A stretch of DNA of 64,000 nucleotides, taken from NCBI GenBank assembly GCA_944363035.1, contig CALVTS010000001.1:64691-128690 (forward strand), in the 5' to 3' direction. Numbering within the stretch: the stretch's first letter is position 1; each line of letters begins with the position of its first letter. Of the stretch, positions 1 to 9,607 are shown piece after piece. Origin of the DNA: an uncultured Clostridia bacterium. GTDB lineage: Bacteria; Bacillota; Clostridia; Christensenellales; CAG-917. The notes below the pieces were generated by a model. That model did not search any database. It worked only from the letters and a program-made list of their open reading frames with translations, and was not told the DNA's origin. Both the position numbers and the translations under genes were made by a program.

Positions 1-1569
1 ATCCGGGAGATGACGGATGAAGGCGTCGGCATTGGCTAGGCGCGCCGCCTCTTCCACCTGCTCGTCCGTGGCGGTGAGATTGCCGTAGCGGATATTTTCG
101 CGCACGGTCCCCGTGAAGAGGTGGGTGTCCTGCAACACCATGCCGAGGGAGCGGCGAAGAGCGGGTTTTTGTATCTTCTTGATGTTGATCTTGTCGTAGC
201 GGATCTTGCCGTCCTCAATGTCGTAGAAACGGTTGATGAGGTTGGTGATGGTGGTCTTGCCCGCGCCCGTCGAGCCGACGAGAGCTATCTTTTGACCGGG
301 TTCCGCCACCAGGTCGATGTGTTTGAGCACCGTCTTTTCGGGGACGTAGCCGAATGTGACGTCCTCAAATTCCACCTCTCCTTTCCACTTGACGTATGTG
401 GTGGTGCCGTTCGCCTTGTGGAAGTGCTTCCACGCCCACTTGCCGGTGAATCCCTCCGCCTCGACGAGGTTGCCCTCCTCGTCCTCGTCGGCGTTGACGA
501 GGGTGACGTAGCCTTCGTCCGTCTCGGGCTCGGCGTCGATGAGGGCGAAAATGCGCTCCGCACCTGCGAGAGCCATCAGGATGCTGTTCATCTGCTGGGA
601 CATCTGCCCTATCGGCGCGCTGAATTGCCTGGAAAATTGCAGGAACGCGATGAGGTTGCCGAAGTTCATTATCCCGCCTATCTCTATGCCCGTGGCGATG
701 AAAAAGGCGCCCGCGATTGCGGTGATGGCATAGTTGATATATCCCAGATTGCCCAGGATGGGCATGAGTATGTTGGCATAGGTGTGCGCCTTGCGGGAGG
801 CGAAGCGCAGTTTCCCGTTGATGGCGTCGAAAGCCTCCTTTTCGGCGTCCTCATGGCAGAACACCTTGACGACGCGCATACCCTCGATGTGCTCTTCCAC
901 ATAGCCGTCCAGCACGCCTATCTCCTTTTGCTGGCGCACGAAGTGTTTGCCGGATTTGCCCCCGACATACTTGACTATGAAGAACATCAGCACCAGCATG
1001 ACCACGATGAAGAGGGTGAGGAGCCAGTTTATCACCATCATGGCGATGAAGATGCCCAGCACCGTGAGCCCGTTGGAGATGAGATAGGGCACGCCGTTCG
1101 CCATGAGTTCGCGCAGGGTGTCCGTATCGTTGGTATAACAGCTCATTATGTCGCCGTTGGCGTGGGTGTCGAAAAAGCGGATGGGGAGTTTCTGCATCCT
1201 CTCGAACATCTGATCGCGTATGGTGCGCTGGATGAGAGTGGTCATGTTGACTATTATCCAGTTGTAGCAGTAGTGCAACAGCGCGCCCACAAGATACAAC
1301 GTCGCCATCACTCCCGTCATGAGCGCGAAATCCGCGACGGTGACCCCTGCGGCGTGAGTGGCGAGAGGCATGATGTAGTCGTTGATGATGACCGAGAGCA
1401 TGAAGGTGCCGCCCACCGTGCATCCCACGTTGAGCACCAAGGAAATGCCCGCGAGTATCACCCTGCCCTTGTAGGGCTTGAAGTAGGACAGTATGCGCAT
1501 GAAGGTCTCGAAAGGATGACCCGCGCTGTACTTTGCGGACAGTTTTTTCGCGACGGAACCCTTTTTCAT
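1..1569 (-). CDS. ABC transporter ATP-binding/permease protein (multidrug-exporter type); C-terminus runs off the window
   Basis: Hand translation of a minus frame missing from the ORF track (no stop inside the window). It starts MKKGSVAKKLSAKYSAGHPFETFMRILSYFKPYKGRV at 1569 and reads LGMVLQDTHLFTGTVRENIRYGN...ADAFIRHLPD near 1-160. ATGA start/stop overlap with the upstream partner gene. Confidence 0.85.
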   Translation of the reverse strand, partial: MKKGSVAKKLSAKYSAGHPFETFMRILSYFKPYKGRVILAGISLVLNVGCTVGGTFMLSVIINDYIMPLATHAAGVTVADFALMTGVMATLYLVGALLHYCYNWIIVNMTTLIQRTIRDQMFERMQKLPIRFFDTHANGDIMSCYTNDTDTLRELMANGVPYLISNGLTVLGIFIAMMVINWLLTLFIVVMLVLMFFIVKYVGGKSGKHFVRQQKEIGVLDGYVEEHIEGMRVVKVFCHEDAEKEAFDAINGKLRFASRKAHTYANILMPILGNLGYINYAITAIAGAFFIATGIEIGGIMNFGNLIAFLQFSRQFSAPIGQMSQQMNSILMALAGAERIFALIDAEPETDEGYVTLVNADEDEEGNLVEAEGFTGKWAWKHFHKANGTTTYVKWKGEVEFEDVTFGYVPEKTVLKHIDLVAEPGQKIALVGSTGAGKTTITNLINRFYDIEDGKIRYDKINIKKIQKPALRRSLGMVLQDTHLFTGTVRENIRYGNLTATDEQVEEAARLANADAFIRHLPD

Positions 1570-3431
1570 GCCTGCACCTCCTCTTCCGCGTAGACAGCCG
1601 CCGCCTCATCCGAGCCGCGCTGTTGAGAATAGTAGACGTCCTGATATATCCTGTTGCCCGCGAGGAGCTCCTCATGAGTGCCCACGGCGTCGATCTTCCC
1701 GTCGTTCATGACGATGATCTTGTCCGCGTCCTGCACAGAGCTTATGCGCTGGGCGATGATGAACACGGTGGTGGAGCCGAACTCCTCCCTGAGCCCCTTG
1801 CGTATCGCCGCGTCCGTAGCGGTGTCCACCGCCGAGGTGGAATCGTCAAGTATCATGACTTTGGGAGATTTCAGGAGAGCGCGGGCTATGCACAGCCTCT
1901 GTTTCTGACCGCCCGAGACGTTGACGCCCCCCTGCCCCAGCTCGGTATCGTAGCCGTCCGGGAAGGAGGTGATGAAATCGTGCGCCTGCGCCGCGCGCGC
2001 CGCGTGCTCTATCTGTTCCTCGGTGGCGTCTGGGTTGCCCCATTTCAGGTTATCGCGTATGGTGCCCGAGAAGAGCACGTTCTTTTGAAGCACCATGGCG
2101 ACCGCGTCGCGGAGGGTGTTGAGCCTGTAATCCCTGACGTCCACTCCGCCCACCTTGACCGCGCCCGAATCCACGTCGTACAGTCTCGGGATGAGCTGGA
2201 CGAGGGTGGTCTTTGCCGAACCCGTGCCTCCTATCACGCCCACGATCTCCCCGCTTTTGACGTGCAGGTCTATGTGTTCGAGGTTGAGCACGTCGCTCTT
2301 TTCGGAGTAGGAAAAGTCCACGTTCTCGAAATCCACGCTGCCGTCCGCGACGCTCTCCGCCGCGGGAGAGGGATTGTCCGCGATGTCCGGCACTTCGCGG
2401 AACACCTCGGCTATGCGCCCCGCAGACGCGCGGGAAAGCACCAGCATGACGAACACCATCGCCACCATGCCGAGGGACATCAGTATCTGCATGATGTAGT
2501 TGAGGAATGCCGCGAAAGAGCCGTAATACATATCCCCCGCGATGATATTGTTGCCGCCGAACCACACCACCGCGATTATGCACGCGAACGCCACGCATTG
2601 CATGAGCGGCATCGCGATGACCAGTATCTTTTCGGCAGAGAACTGGAGCTTTTGCACCAGCGCGCTTATCTTCTTGAATTTTTTCGTCTCGTGATCCTCT
2701 CTGACGAAGGTCTTGACGGTGCGTATCGCGATGAGGTTTTCCTGAGTGATCTCGTTCATGTCGTCGTACTTTTTGAGCATCTTGGTGAAGCGGGGGAAGA
2801 CGACGACTATGCCCACGATGAGCCCCACCACGATGACGGGAAGGGCGACCGCGAACACTATGGCGAGCTCCGCGTTGATGGATATAGCCATGCCCAGCGC
2901 GAGGGCGAGCATGACGGGAGCGCGCACCAGCACGCGGATGACCATCATATAGGACATCTGCACGTTGGTGATGTCGGTGGTGAGACGGGTGACCAGCCCC
3001 GCCGTGGTGAATCTGTCAAGATTGGCGAAGCTGAAATCCTGCACTTTGTAGTATATCTTCTGCCTGACGTTGGAGCCGAATCCCGTGGCGGCATAGGCGG
3101 CGAATTTGCCCGAAAGCACGCCGAAAAGCAGGGAAAACAGGGCCATGACCACCATCATGACGCCGCATATCACGATGAAATCCGTGTTGGAATGCACAGT
3201 GAATATCGGGGTGTGCGACGCTCCGAGCTGCAAGGTAAAAGTGTACTCCGAAAGTCCCTCTTCAAGTCCCACGTCGATGATCTGGGACATGATGATGGGG
3301 ATGAACACTTCCAGCACCACCTCGAACACCACGAAGACGGAGGTGAGCACCGAAGCCAATTTATACTCGCCCACGCACCCCGCAAGCGCGCCGAGCACGT
3401 TCATATCCTTTTTTTTCTTTTTCTTCGACAT
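1566..3431 (-). CDS. ABC transporter ATP-binding/permease protein (partner of the heterodimeric exporter)
   Basis: ORF 1566..3488 trimmed to MSKKKKKKDMNVL, preceded by GGAGAG. N-terminal TM domain, then Walker A GGTGSAKTT, signature VSGGQKQR and Walker B ILDDSTSAVD. Confidence 0.9.
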   Translation of the reverse strand: MSKKKKKKDMNVLGALAGCVGEYKLASVLTSVFVVFEVVLEVFIPIIMSQIIDVGLEEGLSEYTFTLQLGASHTPIFTVHSNTDFIVICGVMMVVMALFSLLFGVLSGKFAAYAATGFGSNVRQKIYYKVQDFSFANLDRFTTAGLVTRLTTDITNVQMSYMMVIRVLVRAPVMLALALGMAISINAELAIVFAVALPVIVVGLIVGIVVVFPRFTKMLKKYDDMNEITQENLIAIRTVKTFVREDHETKKFKKISALVQKLQFSAEKILVIAMPLMQCVAFACIIAVVWFGGNNIIAGDMYYGSFAAFLNYIMQILMSLGMVAMVFVMLVLSRASAGRIAEVFREVPDIADNPSPAAESVADGSVDFENVDFSYSEKSDVLNLEHIDLHVKSGEIVGVIGGTGSAKTTLVQLIPRLYDVDSGAVKVGGVDVRDYRLNTLRDAVAMVLQKNVLFSGTIRDNLKWGNPDATEEQIEHAARAAQAHDFITSFPDGYDTELGQGGVNVSGGQKQRLCIARALLKSPKVMILDDSTSAVDTATDAAIRKGLREEFGSTTVFIIAQRISSVQDADKIIVMNDGKIDAVGTHEELLAGNRIYQDVYYSQQRGSDEAAAVYAEEEVQA

Positions 3432-3488
3432 AATTCTCTCCGAACGCCGACCGTCGCAAAACGCGACACGTGTCGTATACAATACCAT

Positions 3489-3517
3489 ATTATATGGTAG
3501 CTAAATTATAAAGTCAA
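3489..3517 (-). promoter_or_regulatory. sigma-70-type promoter for the ABC exporter operon
   Basis: Minus strand reads TTGACT, a 17-nt spacer, then TATAAT, about 55 nt upstream of the 3431 start. Confidence 0.6.
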
Positions 3518-3529
3518 CAGATGAAAACA

Positions 3530-3564
3530 AAGGAAAAGAGGCTTTTCACGGGTCGAAAAGCCTC
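3530..3564 (-). terminator. rho-independent terminator after the small gene 3601..3783
   Basis: Minus strand: GAGGCTTTTC, 7-nt loop, GAAAAGCCTC, followed by TTTTCCTTTG. Confidence 0.7.
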
Positions 3565-3600
3565 CGTTTGCTTTTTTCGTCTCGCGGGCGTCCTCCGCCC

Positions 3601-3783
3601 TCACCCGAAGAGGGAGAGCAGATACTCTTTGGCGTCGTCAAAGGAGGAGAAGGTCTTCTCCCCCTCCCCCGCCTCCACGCGGACGGGATAGTGCTCGAAC
3701 GCAAGCTCCGAGAGCAGGTCTCGCGCTTCTCCTTCCACCGCTCTGCCGTTCAGCAGGACGCGAACTCTCCCTTTCTCAGGCAT
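3601..3783 (-). CDS. hypothetical small protein (60 aa)
   Basis: ORF with ordinary amino-acid composition (MPEKGRVRVLLNGRAVEGEARDLLSELAFEHYPVRVEAGEGEKTF...). It overlaps the upstream membrane ORF by 8 nt and is followed by a terminator. No family recognised. Confidence 0.5.
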   Translation of the reverse strand: MPEKGRVRVLLNGRAVEGEARDLLSELAFEHYPVRVEAGEGEKTFSSFDDAKEYLLSLFG

Positions 3784-4000
3784 CGAGCAACCGCCAAATG
3801 GATTTCTTGCATATCATCATCACGAGGTCTATCACCCACACGATCCAGAAGCCGGTGAATATCCTGACTACGCCAGCCACGGGCTTGCCCTCACGGAACC
3901 TGGTGATAAAGCCGCATATCCACGCGGTGATCGGAATGATCGCAAGTATCACGCTGACAACGCGTGACAACCCGAAATAGTCTTTCTTTCCTTTTGCCAT
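3776..4000 (-). CDS. small membrane protein (2 predicted TM helices)
   Basis: ORF 3776..4048 trimmed to MAKGKKDYFG, preceded by GGGAGG. Hydrophobic stretches VVSVILAIIPITAWICGFI and FTGFWIVWVIDLVMMIC. Confidence 0.55.
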   Translation of the reverse strand: MAKGKKDYFGLSRVVSVILAIIPITAWICGFITRFREGKPVAGVVRIFTGFWIVWVIDLVMMICKKSIWRLLDA

Positions 4001-4122
4001 AACGGACCTCCCTTTTTTGTGCGCCGTGCGGCGCTTTTTTCCTAACATATTCGGCGACGTACGCGAATATCCGCTTTATCCGCCGAGATGCCGACGTTCG
4101 ACATATCCCGCGCCCTTTCGGC

Positions 4123-5547
4123 TCAGAGTTCCTCCTTCACGACGGGGTCTCTCGCCGCGCCCGCCTCGTCGGGTCTGCGTATCGGCGTGGTGTGCGGCGC
4201 TGAATGCAACGCGTCGGGATCGGTGTACGCCAGTTCTATGACCTCTTTCAGCGCGTCCGCCGCCGCGTCCAGCGTCTCCTTGCTCGCGGTCTCGGTGGGC
4301 TCGAACATGAGCGCGTCCTCCACGATGAGCGGGAAATACATGGTGGGAGGATGTATGCCTCTGTCGATGAGCCCTTTGGCGACGTCCGCCGCCGTGACCC
4401 CCGTCTCCTCCCGCAGTTTGCGCATGGAGAGGACGAATTCGTGCATACATCTGCCCTCTCCCACGGGATAGAAATAGCTGATCTTCTCGCGCAGATAATT
4501 GGCGTTGAGCACCGCCGTCACCGCCGCCTCGCGGAGTCCCTTGCCTCCCAGCGTAACAATGTACGCGAGAGCCTTGACATATACCCCGAAGTTGCCGTAA
4601 AACGCGGTGACCCGCCCTGCCGACCAGTCGCTCCTGCCGAAGCGGAACCCCCTTTCGGTGCGGGTGACCTGCGGATCTGGAAGGAATGCCGCGAGTTCCG
4701 CCTTGCAGCACACGGGACCGGACCCGGGACCGCCGCCGCCGTGAGGCGCAGAGAAAGTCTTGTGCAGATTGAGGTGCACCAGGTCGAACCCCATGTCGCC
4801 GGGACGCACCACCCCCATCACCGCATTGAGGTTCGCGCCGTCGTAATACATCAGCGCGCCCGCCTCGTGCACTATCTCGGCGATCTTCAGGATGTGCTTC
4901 TCGAATTTGCCGAGGGTGTTGGGATTGGTGAGCATGAGCGCGGCGGTGTCCTCACCCGCTTTCAGGCTGAGGTCGGCAAGATCCACAAGCCCGTCCGCGT
5001 CCGACTTCACGGTGACCACCTCGAAGCCCGCCATCGCGGCGGAAGCGGGATTGGTGCCGTGCGCGCTGTCGGGGATGAGCACTTTGACGCGCTTTTCGTC
5101 ACCGCGCGCGCGGTGATAAGCCCTCACCATGAGGAGCGCCGTAAACTCACCGTGCGCCCCCGCACAGGGTTGCAACGTCACGGCGTCCATGCCTGTTATA
5201 CCCGCAAGATAGGCGCTTAAAGTGTCGATTACGGCAAGTGAACCTTGCATTTTGTCGGCACGCGCCAGAGGATGCGCATCCCTGAACCCGGGGAGCGCGG
5301 CAATGACCTCGTGCAATTTGGGGTTGTATTTCATAGTGCACGAGCCGAGGGGATAGAACCCGTCGTCCACACCGAATGTGCGCTTTGAAAGCGCGGTGTA
5401 ATGCGCCACCACCTCGGGCTCTGAAAGCTCGGGGAGTCGGAGTGAACTGCGGAGCGCGCCCGCCTCGAAATCGTATTTTTCCACATCGAGGGCGGAGACT
5501 TCAAAGCATCGCCTGCCCTTCACGGACTTTTCGAAAACAGTCTTCAT
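4123..5547 (-). CDS. gcvPB: glycine dehydrogenase (aminomethyl-transferring) subunit 2
   Basis: MKTVFEKSVKGRR...GFYPLGSCTMKYNPK...HLNLHKTFSAPHGGGGPG (PLP-lysine region typical of GcvPB). ATGA overlap with gcvPA. Confidence 0.93.
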   Translation of the reverse strand: MKTVFEKSVKGRRCFEVSALDVEKYDFEAGALRSSLRLPELSEPEVVAHYTALSKRTFGVDDGFYPLGSCTMKYNPKLHEVIAALPGFRDAHPLARADKMQGSLAVIDTLSAYLAGITGMDAVTLQPCAGAHGEFTALLMVRAYHRARGDEKRVKVLIPDSAHGTNPASAAMAGFEVVTVKSDADGLVDLADLSLKAGEDTAALMLTNPNTLGKFEKHILKIAEIVHEAGALMYYDGANLNAVMGVVRPGDMGFDLVHLNLHKTFSAPHGGGGPGSGPVCCKAELAAFLPDPQVTRTERGFRFGRSDWSAGRVTAFYGNFGVYVKALAYIVTLGGKGLREAAVTAVLNANYLREKISYFYPVGEGRCMHEFVLSMRKLREETGVTAADVAKGLIDRGIHPPTMYFPLIVEDALMFEPTETASKETLDAAADALKEVIELAYTDPDALHSAPHTTPIRRPDEAGAARDPVVKEEL

Positions 5548-6836
5548 AAAACCTCCTCCGCGATGCTCACGACCTCGTCCATATCCGCCTTGCCCACGCA
5601 CTCGGTGCAACACCAGAGTATGCGGTGTTCGTCAAGGGGAAGTCCGCCGAGGATGCCCTTCCTTTCCAAAGCCGCGGTCAATGCCGACGCCTTGCCGGGA
5701 GTGATGGTGACGAACTCGTGGAAAAATTCCTTTTCGTAAAAGAGCTTCGCGCCCACGCGCGTGAGTTCTCGCGCGAGGTAATGCGCGTTGGAGGCGCATT
5801 TCGTCGCAAGGTCTTTGAGCCCGCGCGCGCCCATCAGGGAGAGATATACCGCCGCCGTCAGAGCGCAATGCGCCTGATTGGAACAGATGTTCGACGTGGC
5901 TTTCTCCCTCCTTATATGCTGTTCGCGGGTCTGCAAAGTGAGCACGAACGCGCGATCGCCTTCCGCGTCCTTGGTCTCCCCCACTATGCGGCCGGGGAGC
6001 TTGCGCATGAATTCCCTTTTCGCCGCCATATATCCGAGATAAGGTCCGCCGAAGCTGACGGGGAGCCCGAAAGGCTGAGCGTCGCCGACGGCGACGTCCG
6101 CGCCGCATTCGCCGGGGCTCCTGAACAGCGCGAGAGCGAGCGGGTTGCCGCCCACCACCACTTTCATGCCCTCCGCCTTTGCCGCCGAGACGAGCAGAGA
6201 CACATCCTCGACGATCCCGTAATAGTTGGGGGATTGTATGTAAAGGACGCTCCCGCCCGTCCCGCTTTTCAGGACGGCGTTGCCGTTGTCTGCCGAGAGC
6301 ACCTCGAGGGCTATGCCGCGCGCGCCGAGATAGGTGCGCAGAGTGTCGAGGGTGTCGGGGTCTATATTTGAGAAAGTGACCACCTTCCTCCCCTTGCCCG
6401 CGCACATGACGCACGCTTCCGCCGCCGCCGTCGCGCCGGAATAGTGAGAGGCGGTGGCGACGTCCATGCCCGTGAGCTCGCACATCATGGTCTGAAACTC
6501 GAACGTCGCTTGCAGGATACCCTGGGATATCTCGGGCTGATAGGGAGTGTACGAGGTGAGGAATTCCTCCCTGGAAGTCACGCTCGTCACCGCCGCGGGG
6601 ATATAGTGCACATAGCTCCCCGCGCCTCTGAACACGCTCTTATACGTCGCGTTGCGGGATGCGAGCTCAGCAAGAGCCTTGTATGTTTCCTGCTGGGACC
6701 TGCCTTCGGAGAGCGCGAATTTTTTGCGTCTGAGCTCTTTCGGAAGATCGGAAAAGAGCTCCTCCGCGCTCGTCAGTCCGAGGAGGTCCAGCATCTTGCT
6801 CCTCTCTTTTTCGGAAATGGAAAGATAATCCGCCAT
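5544..6836 (-). CDS. gcvPA: glycine dehydrogenase subunit 1
   Basis: MADYLSISEKERSKMLDLLGL...FRGAGSYVHYIPAAV...TPYQPEISQGILQ, typical of GcvPA. Lies between gcvH and gcvPB. Confidence 0.93.
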   Translation of the reverse strand: MADYLSISEKERSKMLDLLGLTSAEELFSDLPKELRRKKFALSEGRSQQETYKALAELASRNATYKSVFRGAGSYVHYIPAAVTSVTSREEFLTSYTPYQPEISQGILQATFEFQTMMCELTGMDVATASHYSGATAAAEACVMCAGKGRKVVTFSNIDPDTLDTLRTYLGARGIALEVLSADNGNAVLKSGTGGSVLYIQSPNYYGIVEDVSLLVSAAKAEGMKVVVGGNPLALALFRSPGECGADVAVGDAQPFGLPVSFGGPYLGYMAAKREFMRKLPGRIVGETKDAEGDRAFVLTLQTREQHIRREKATSNICSNQAHCALTAAVYLSLMGARGLKDLATKCASNAHYLARELTRVGAKLFYEKEFFHEFVTITPGKASALTAALERKGILGGLPLDEHRILWCCTECVGKADMDEVVSIAEEVL

Positions 6837-6838
6837 GC

Positions 6839-7186
6839 TCACCCCAAAGTAGCCAGATATTCGGCTTCGCTCATGAGCCCGTCGGCTAGGACGGGATCGG
6901 CGACGGCGAAGATCCACACTCCCTCCTCGCCCGCCTTTTCGGGAGAATCGGCGAGTTCGTCGTTGACAGCTCCCACTCTGCCGCTCGCGGGAGAGTTGAC
7001 CTCCGCCACGGCTTTTACGGATTCCAGTTCACAGCAAGGTTCCCCCGCCGTGACCTCGGCGCCCGTCTCGGGCAGATCGACATAGACCACTTCGCCCAGC
7101 TCCTCCGCCGCGTGTGCGCTGATGCCGACATACGCCATACCGTCGCGAAGTTCCACCCATTCATGTGTGCCAGTGTATTGTTTCAT
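6839..7186 (-). CDS. gcvH: glycine cleavage system H protein
   Basis: MKQYTGTHEWVELRDG...CELESVKAVAEVNSP (lipoyl-lysine motif ESVKA). RBS AAGGAGAAGG. Confidence 0.92.
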   Translation of the reverse strand: MKQYTGTHEWVELRDGMAYVGISAHAAEELGEVVYVDLPETGAEVTAGEPCCELESVKAVAEVNSPASGRVGAVNDELADSPEKAGEEGVWIFAVADPVLADGLMSEAEYLATLG

Positions 7187-7219
7187 ATCCTTCTCCTTCA
7201 TGCGTGCAAAAGCCCGCAC

Positions 7220-8278
7220 TTATTTACGTCTCACAAAGGGGAGCTCCGTCCTCGCTACGGACACCGATCTCCCTCTCACGTCGGCGGAAAGCTCTCCCTC
7301 CGCGCCCTTTTTCAGCCTGAGCATGGCTATGCCGCACCCGAGGGTGGGTGAATGCGTGCCCGATGTGCTCCGTCCGACCACGACGCCGTCCGAATACACG
7401 TCGCAATGTTCGCGCACTATGCCCTTCCCCGTCACCCTCACGCCCACGCGCTCGTATTCGGGCGCGTGCGCCAGGATGGCTTGCTTCCCTACAAAATCCT
7501 CTTTCCCGAGCTTGACGGCGAAGTCCAGCCCGACCTCGTTGACGGGGATGTCCTCATCCAGTTCGTGCCCGTAAAGGGGCATACCCGCTTCCAGACGCAA
7601 GGTGTCCCTCGCGCCCAGCCCGCAGGGGATGAGCCCGAATTCTTTCCCCGCCTCGTACACCGCGGCGTACAGCGCCTCGGCGTCGCGGACGGCGGCGTAG
7701 AGCTCGAAGCCGTCCTCCCCCGTATATCCCGTGCGGGAAAGCAACACGGGGATGCCTGCGACCTCCGTCCTCTCCACGAAAGTATAGTACTTCATCGGGA
7801 TGTCGCGGGCAAGTTTTTCCATTATCCTTTGGGAGGCGGGACCCTGCAACGCTATCTGACACACCTCTTCGGACACATCCGAAAAGTCGCACCCCGAAAG
7901 ATATTTCCCGACGTGCGCCGCGTCCTTTTGCACGTTCGCGCCGTTGACCACCACCAAAAATTTGCGGGCGTTCATCCTGTACACCAACACGTCGTCCACC
8001 GCGCCGCCATTTTCGTTGGGCAGGAGGGAATATCTCACCCTGCCGTCCGTCATGCCGCGGATGTCGTTGGTGAGCAACATATTGAGCGCCGCCTCCGCGC
8101 CATCGCCCTCAAAGAGGAATTCCCCCATATGCGAGACGTCGAAGAGCCCCGCCGCGTTCCTCACCGCGCGATGCTCTTCCAGGATGCCGGAATACTGCAC
8201 GGGCAGTTCGTACCCCGCAAACTCCACCATCCTGCCTCCGAGCGCGAGATGCGTGTCGTAAAGCGCAGTCCTTTTCAT
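7220..8278 (-). CDS. gcvT: aminomethyltransferase (glycine cleavage T protein)
   Basis: MKRTALYDTHLALGGRMVEFAGYELPVQYSGILEEHRAVRNAAGLFDVSHMGEF, a canonical GcvT N-terminus. Confidence 0.93.
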   Translation of the reverse strand: MKRTALYDTHLALGGRMVEFAGYELPVQYSGILEEHRAVRNAAGLFDVSHMGEFLFEGDGAEAALNMLLTNDIRGMTDGRVRYSLLPNENGGAVDDVLVYRMNARKFLVVVNGANVQKDAAHVGKYLSGCDFSDVSEEVCQIALQGPASQRIMEKLARDIPMKYYTFVERTEVAGIPVLLSRTGYTGEDGFELYAAVRDAEALYAAVYEAGKEFGLIPCGLGARDTLRLEAGMPLYGHELDEDIPVNEVGLDFAVKLGKEDFVGKQAILAHAPEYERVGVRVTGKGIVREHCDVYSDGVVVGRSTSGTHSPTLGCGIAMLRLKKGAEGELSADVRGRSVSVARTELPFVRRK

Positions 8279-8287
8279 ATCTCCTCC

Positions 8288-9607
8288 TCAACGCTTGTGG
8301 GAGGCAAGCCCGAACACGTCCTCGCACGCCTCCGCCACGCTTTCGTACAGCGTGGGATGCGCGTGGACGACGTTCGCGACCTCCTCTGCCGTGAGCCCTC
8401 TACTCACCGCGAGAGAGAGCTCTCCCGCAAGTTCCGTAACTCCGTCGCCGAAACCCTCTGCCCCCACAATGACGTTTTTATCATCACAATATATCTTAAT
8501 AAACCCTCTGTTTGAACCGTTTATCAAATTTTTGCCGTTTGCACCCAACAGAAATTTGCCCGTCCTACACTCCCCGTCAACGCGCCCCACCGACACTATC
8601 TCGGGAGAGGTGTAGACCAATGACGGCACCGTTTCGAGGTCTATCTCGGAGGAGACCCCCGCCATATGGGAGACCGCTTTCAGCGCGCAGGCGGAGGCGT
8701 AATGCGCAAGCTGTATCCCGCCCGTCACGTCCCCTGCGGCGTAGACCCCTGCGGGGGAAAGCATATTGCCGTCCGTCGCAATGGGGAACGCGGGGAGCCC
8801 CAGCCTTTCCAGCCCTATGTTTTCGATGTTGGCGCGTCTGCCGGTGGCGGCTATGACGGCGCATCCTTCGGCGCGCCCCTCCTTCCCTGCGCATTCATAG
8901 AGAGCGTACTCCCTGCCCACCTCTTTCACGCGGGCGGAGGTCACGATGTCCACTCCCCTCTTCTTCAATGCGGAAGAGAGCTGTATGGAGAGTTCCCTGC
9001 CGAAAAAGGGAAGGACTCTGTCGGCATATTCCAGCACCGTCACGCGACGACCCGAATCCGCAAAATAGCACGCGAATTCCATGCCTATCACCCCGCCGCC
9101 CACAATAACGACGTCCCCCTCGGGCAGAGGGGAGGAAAGCACGTCGTCAGAGCTCAGCGCGTTTTCGCCGCCGCTCACGTTGAGTCGGGCGGGACGTGAC
9201 CCCGTTGCGACGAGGAGGTTTTTGCACTCTATCCTCTCGCCGTCCGCAAGGAGAGCGTGCGCGTCCGCGACCTCGCCGCGTGAGCGCAGTATCTTCACCC
9301 CGCAGGATGAAAGGAGCTTCTCGACGCCGCCGCGCAGGGAGGAGACTATGCCCTCCTTCCTCGCGTATACGGCGGCTTCGTCAAACGTGACTTCGGAGGC
9401 GGAGACCCCGTGCTCCCGCCACGTCGCGCGGGAGGCGTAAAGGGAGGAGGAATGCAGGAGACATTTTGTGGGTATGCACCCTCTGTTGAGGCAGGTGCCA
9501 CCCGTCTCTCTCTCTTCCACGAGTAGGACGCTCATCCCCAGTTTCGCGGCGCGTATGGCTCCCACATATCCCGCAGGACCTCCGCCCAGCACGGCAAGAT
9601 CAAACAA
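8288..9607 (-). CDS. lpd: dihydrolipoyl dehydrogenase (L protein)
   Basis: FDLAVLGGGPAGYVGAIRAAKLG...GGTCLNRGCIPTK (FAD-binding motif and redox disulfide). TTG start overlaps the lplA stop. Confidence 0.9.
   Translation of the reverse strand: MFDLAVLGGGPAGYVGAIRAAKLGMSVLLVEERETGGTCLNRGCIPTKCLLHSSSLYASRATWREHGVSASEVTFDEAAVYARKEGIVSSLRGGVEKLLSSCGVKILRSRGEVADAHALLADGERIECKNLLVATGSRPARLNVSGGENALSSDDVLSSPLPEGDVVIVGGGVIGMEFACYFADSGRRVTVLEYADRVLPFFGRELSIQLSSALKKRGVDIVTSARVKEVGREYALYECAGKEGRAEGCAVIAATGRRANIENIGLERLGLPAFPIATDGNMLSPAGVYAAGDVTGGIQLAHYASACALKAVSHMAGVSSEIDLETVPSLVYTSPEIVSVGRVDGECRTGKFLLGANGKNLINGSNRGFIKIYCDDKNVIVGAEGFGDGVTELAGELSLAVSRGLTAEEVANVVHAHPTLYESVAEACEDVFGLASHKR

Noticed and set aside
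121-3500. Long plus-strand ORFs 121..1593 (490 aa) and 1533..3500 (655 aa)
   Set aside because: They are antisense shadows of the two ABC exporter genes. Their composition is dominated by R/G/H/D/V runs with no motifs, while the minus-strand frames carry complete Walker/signature motifs.
4015-4040. Hairpin GCGCCG-tg-CGGCGC flanked by T/A tracts as a terminator between gcvPB and the small membrane gene
   Set aside because: On the transcribed (minus) strand it is followed by ACAAAAAAG, not a U-tract. It sits just upstream of the GGGAGG RBS of the 3776..4000 ORF. The plus-strand orientation has no gene to terminate.
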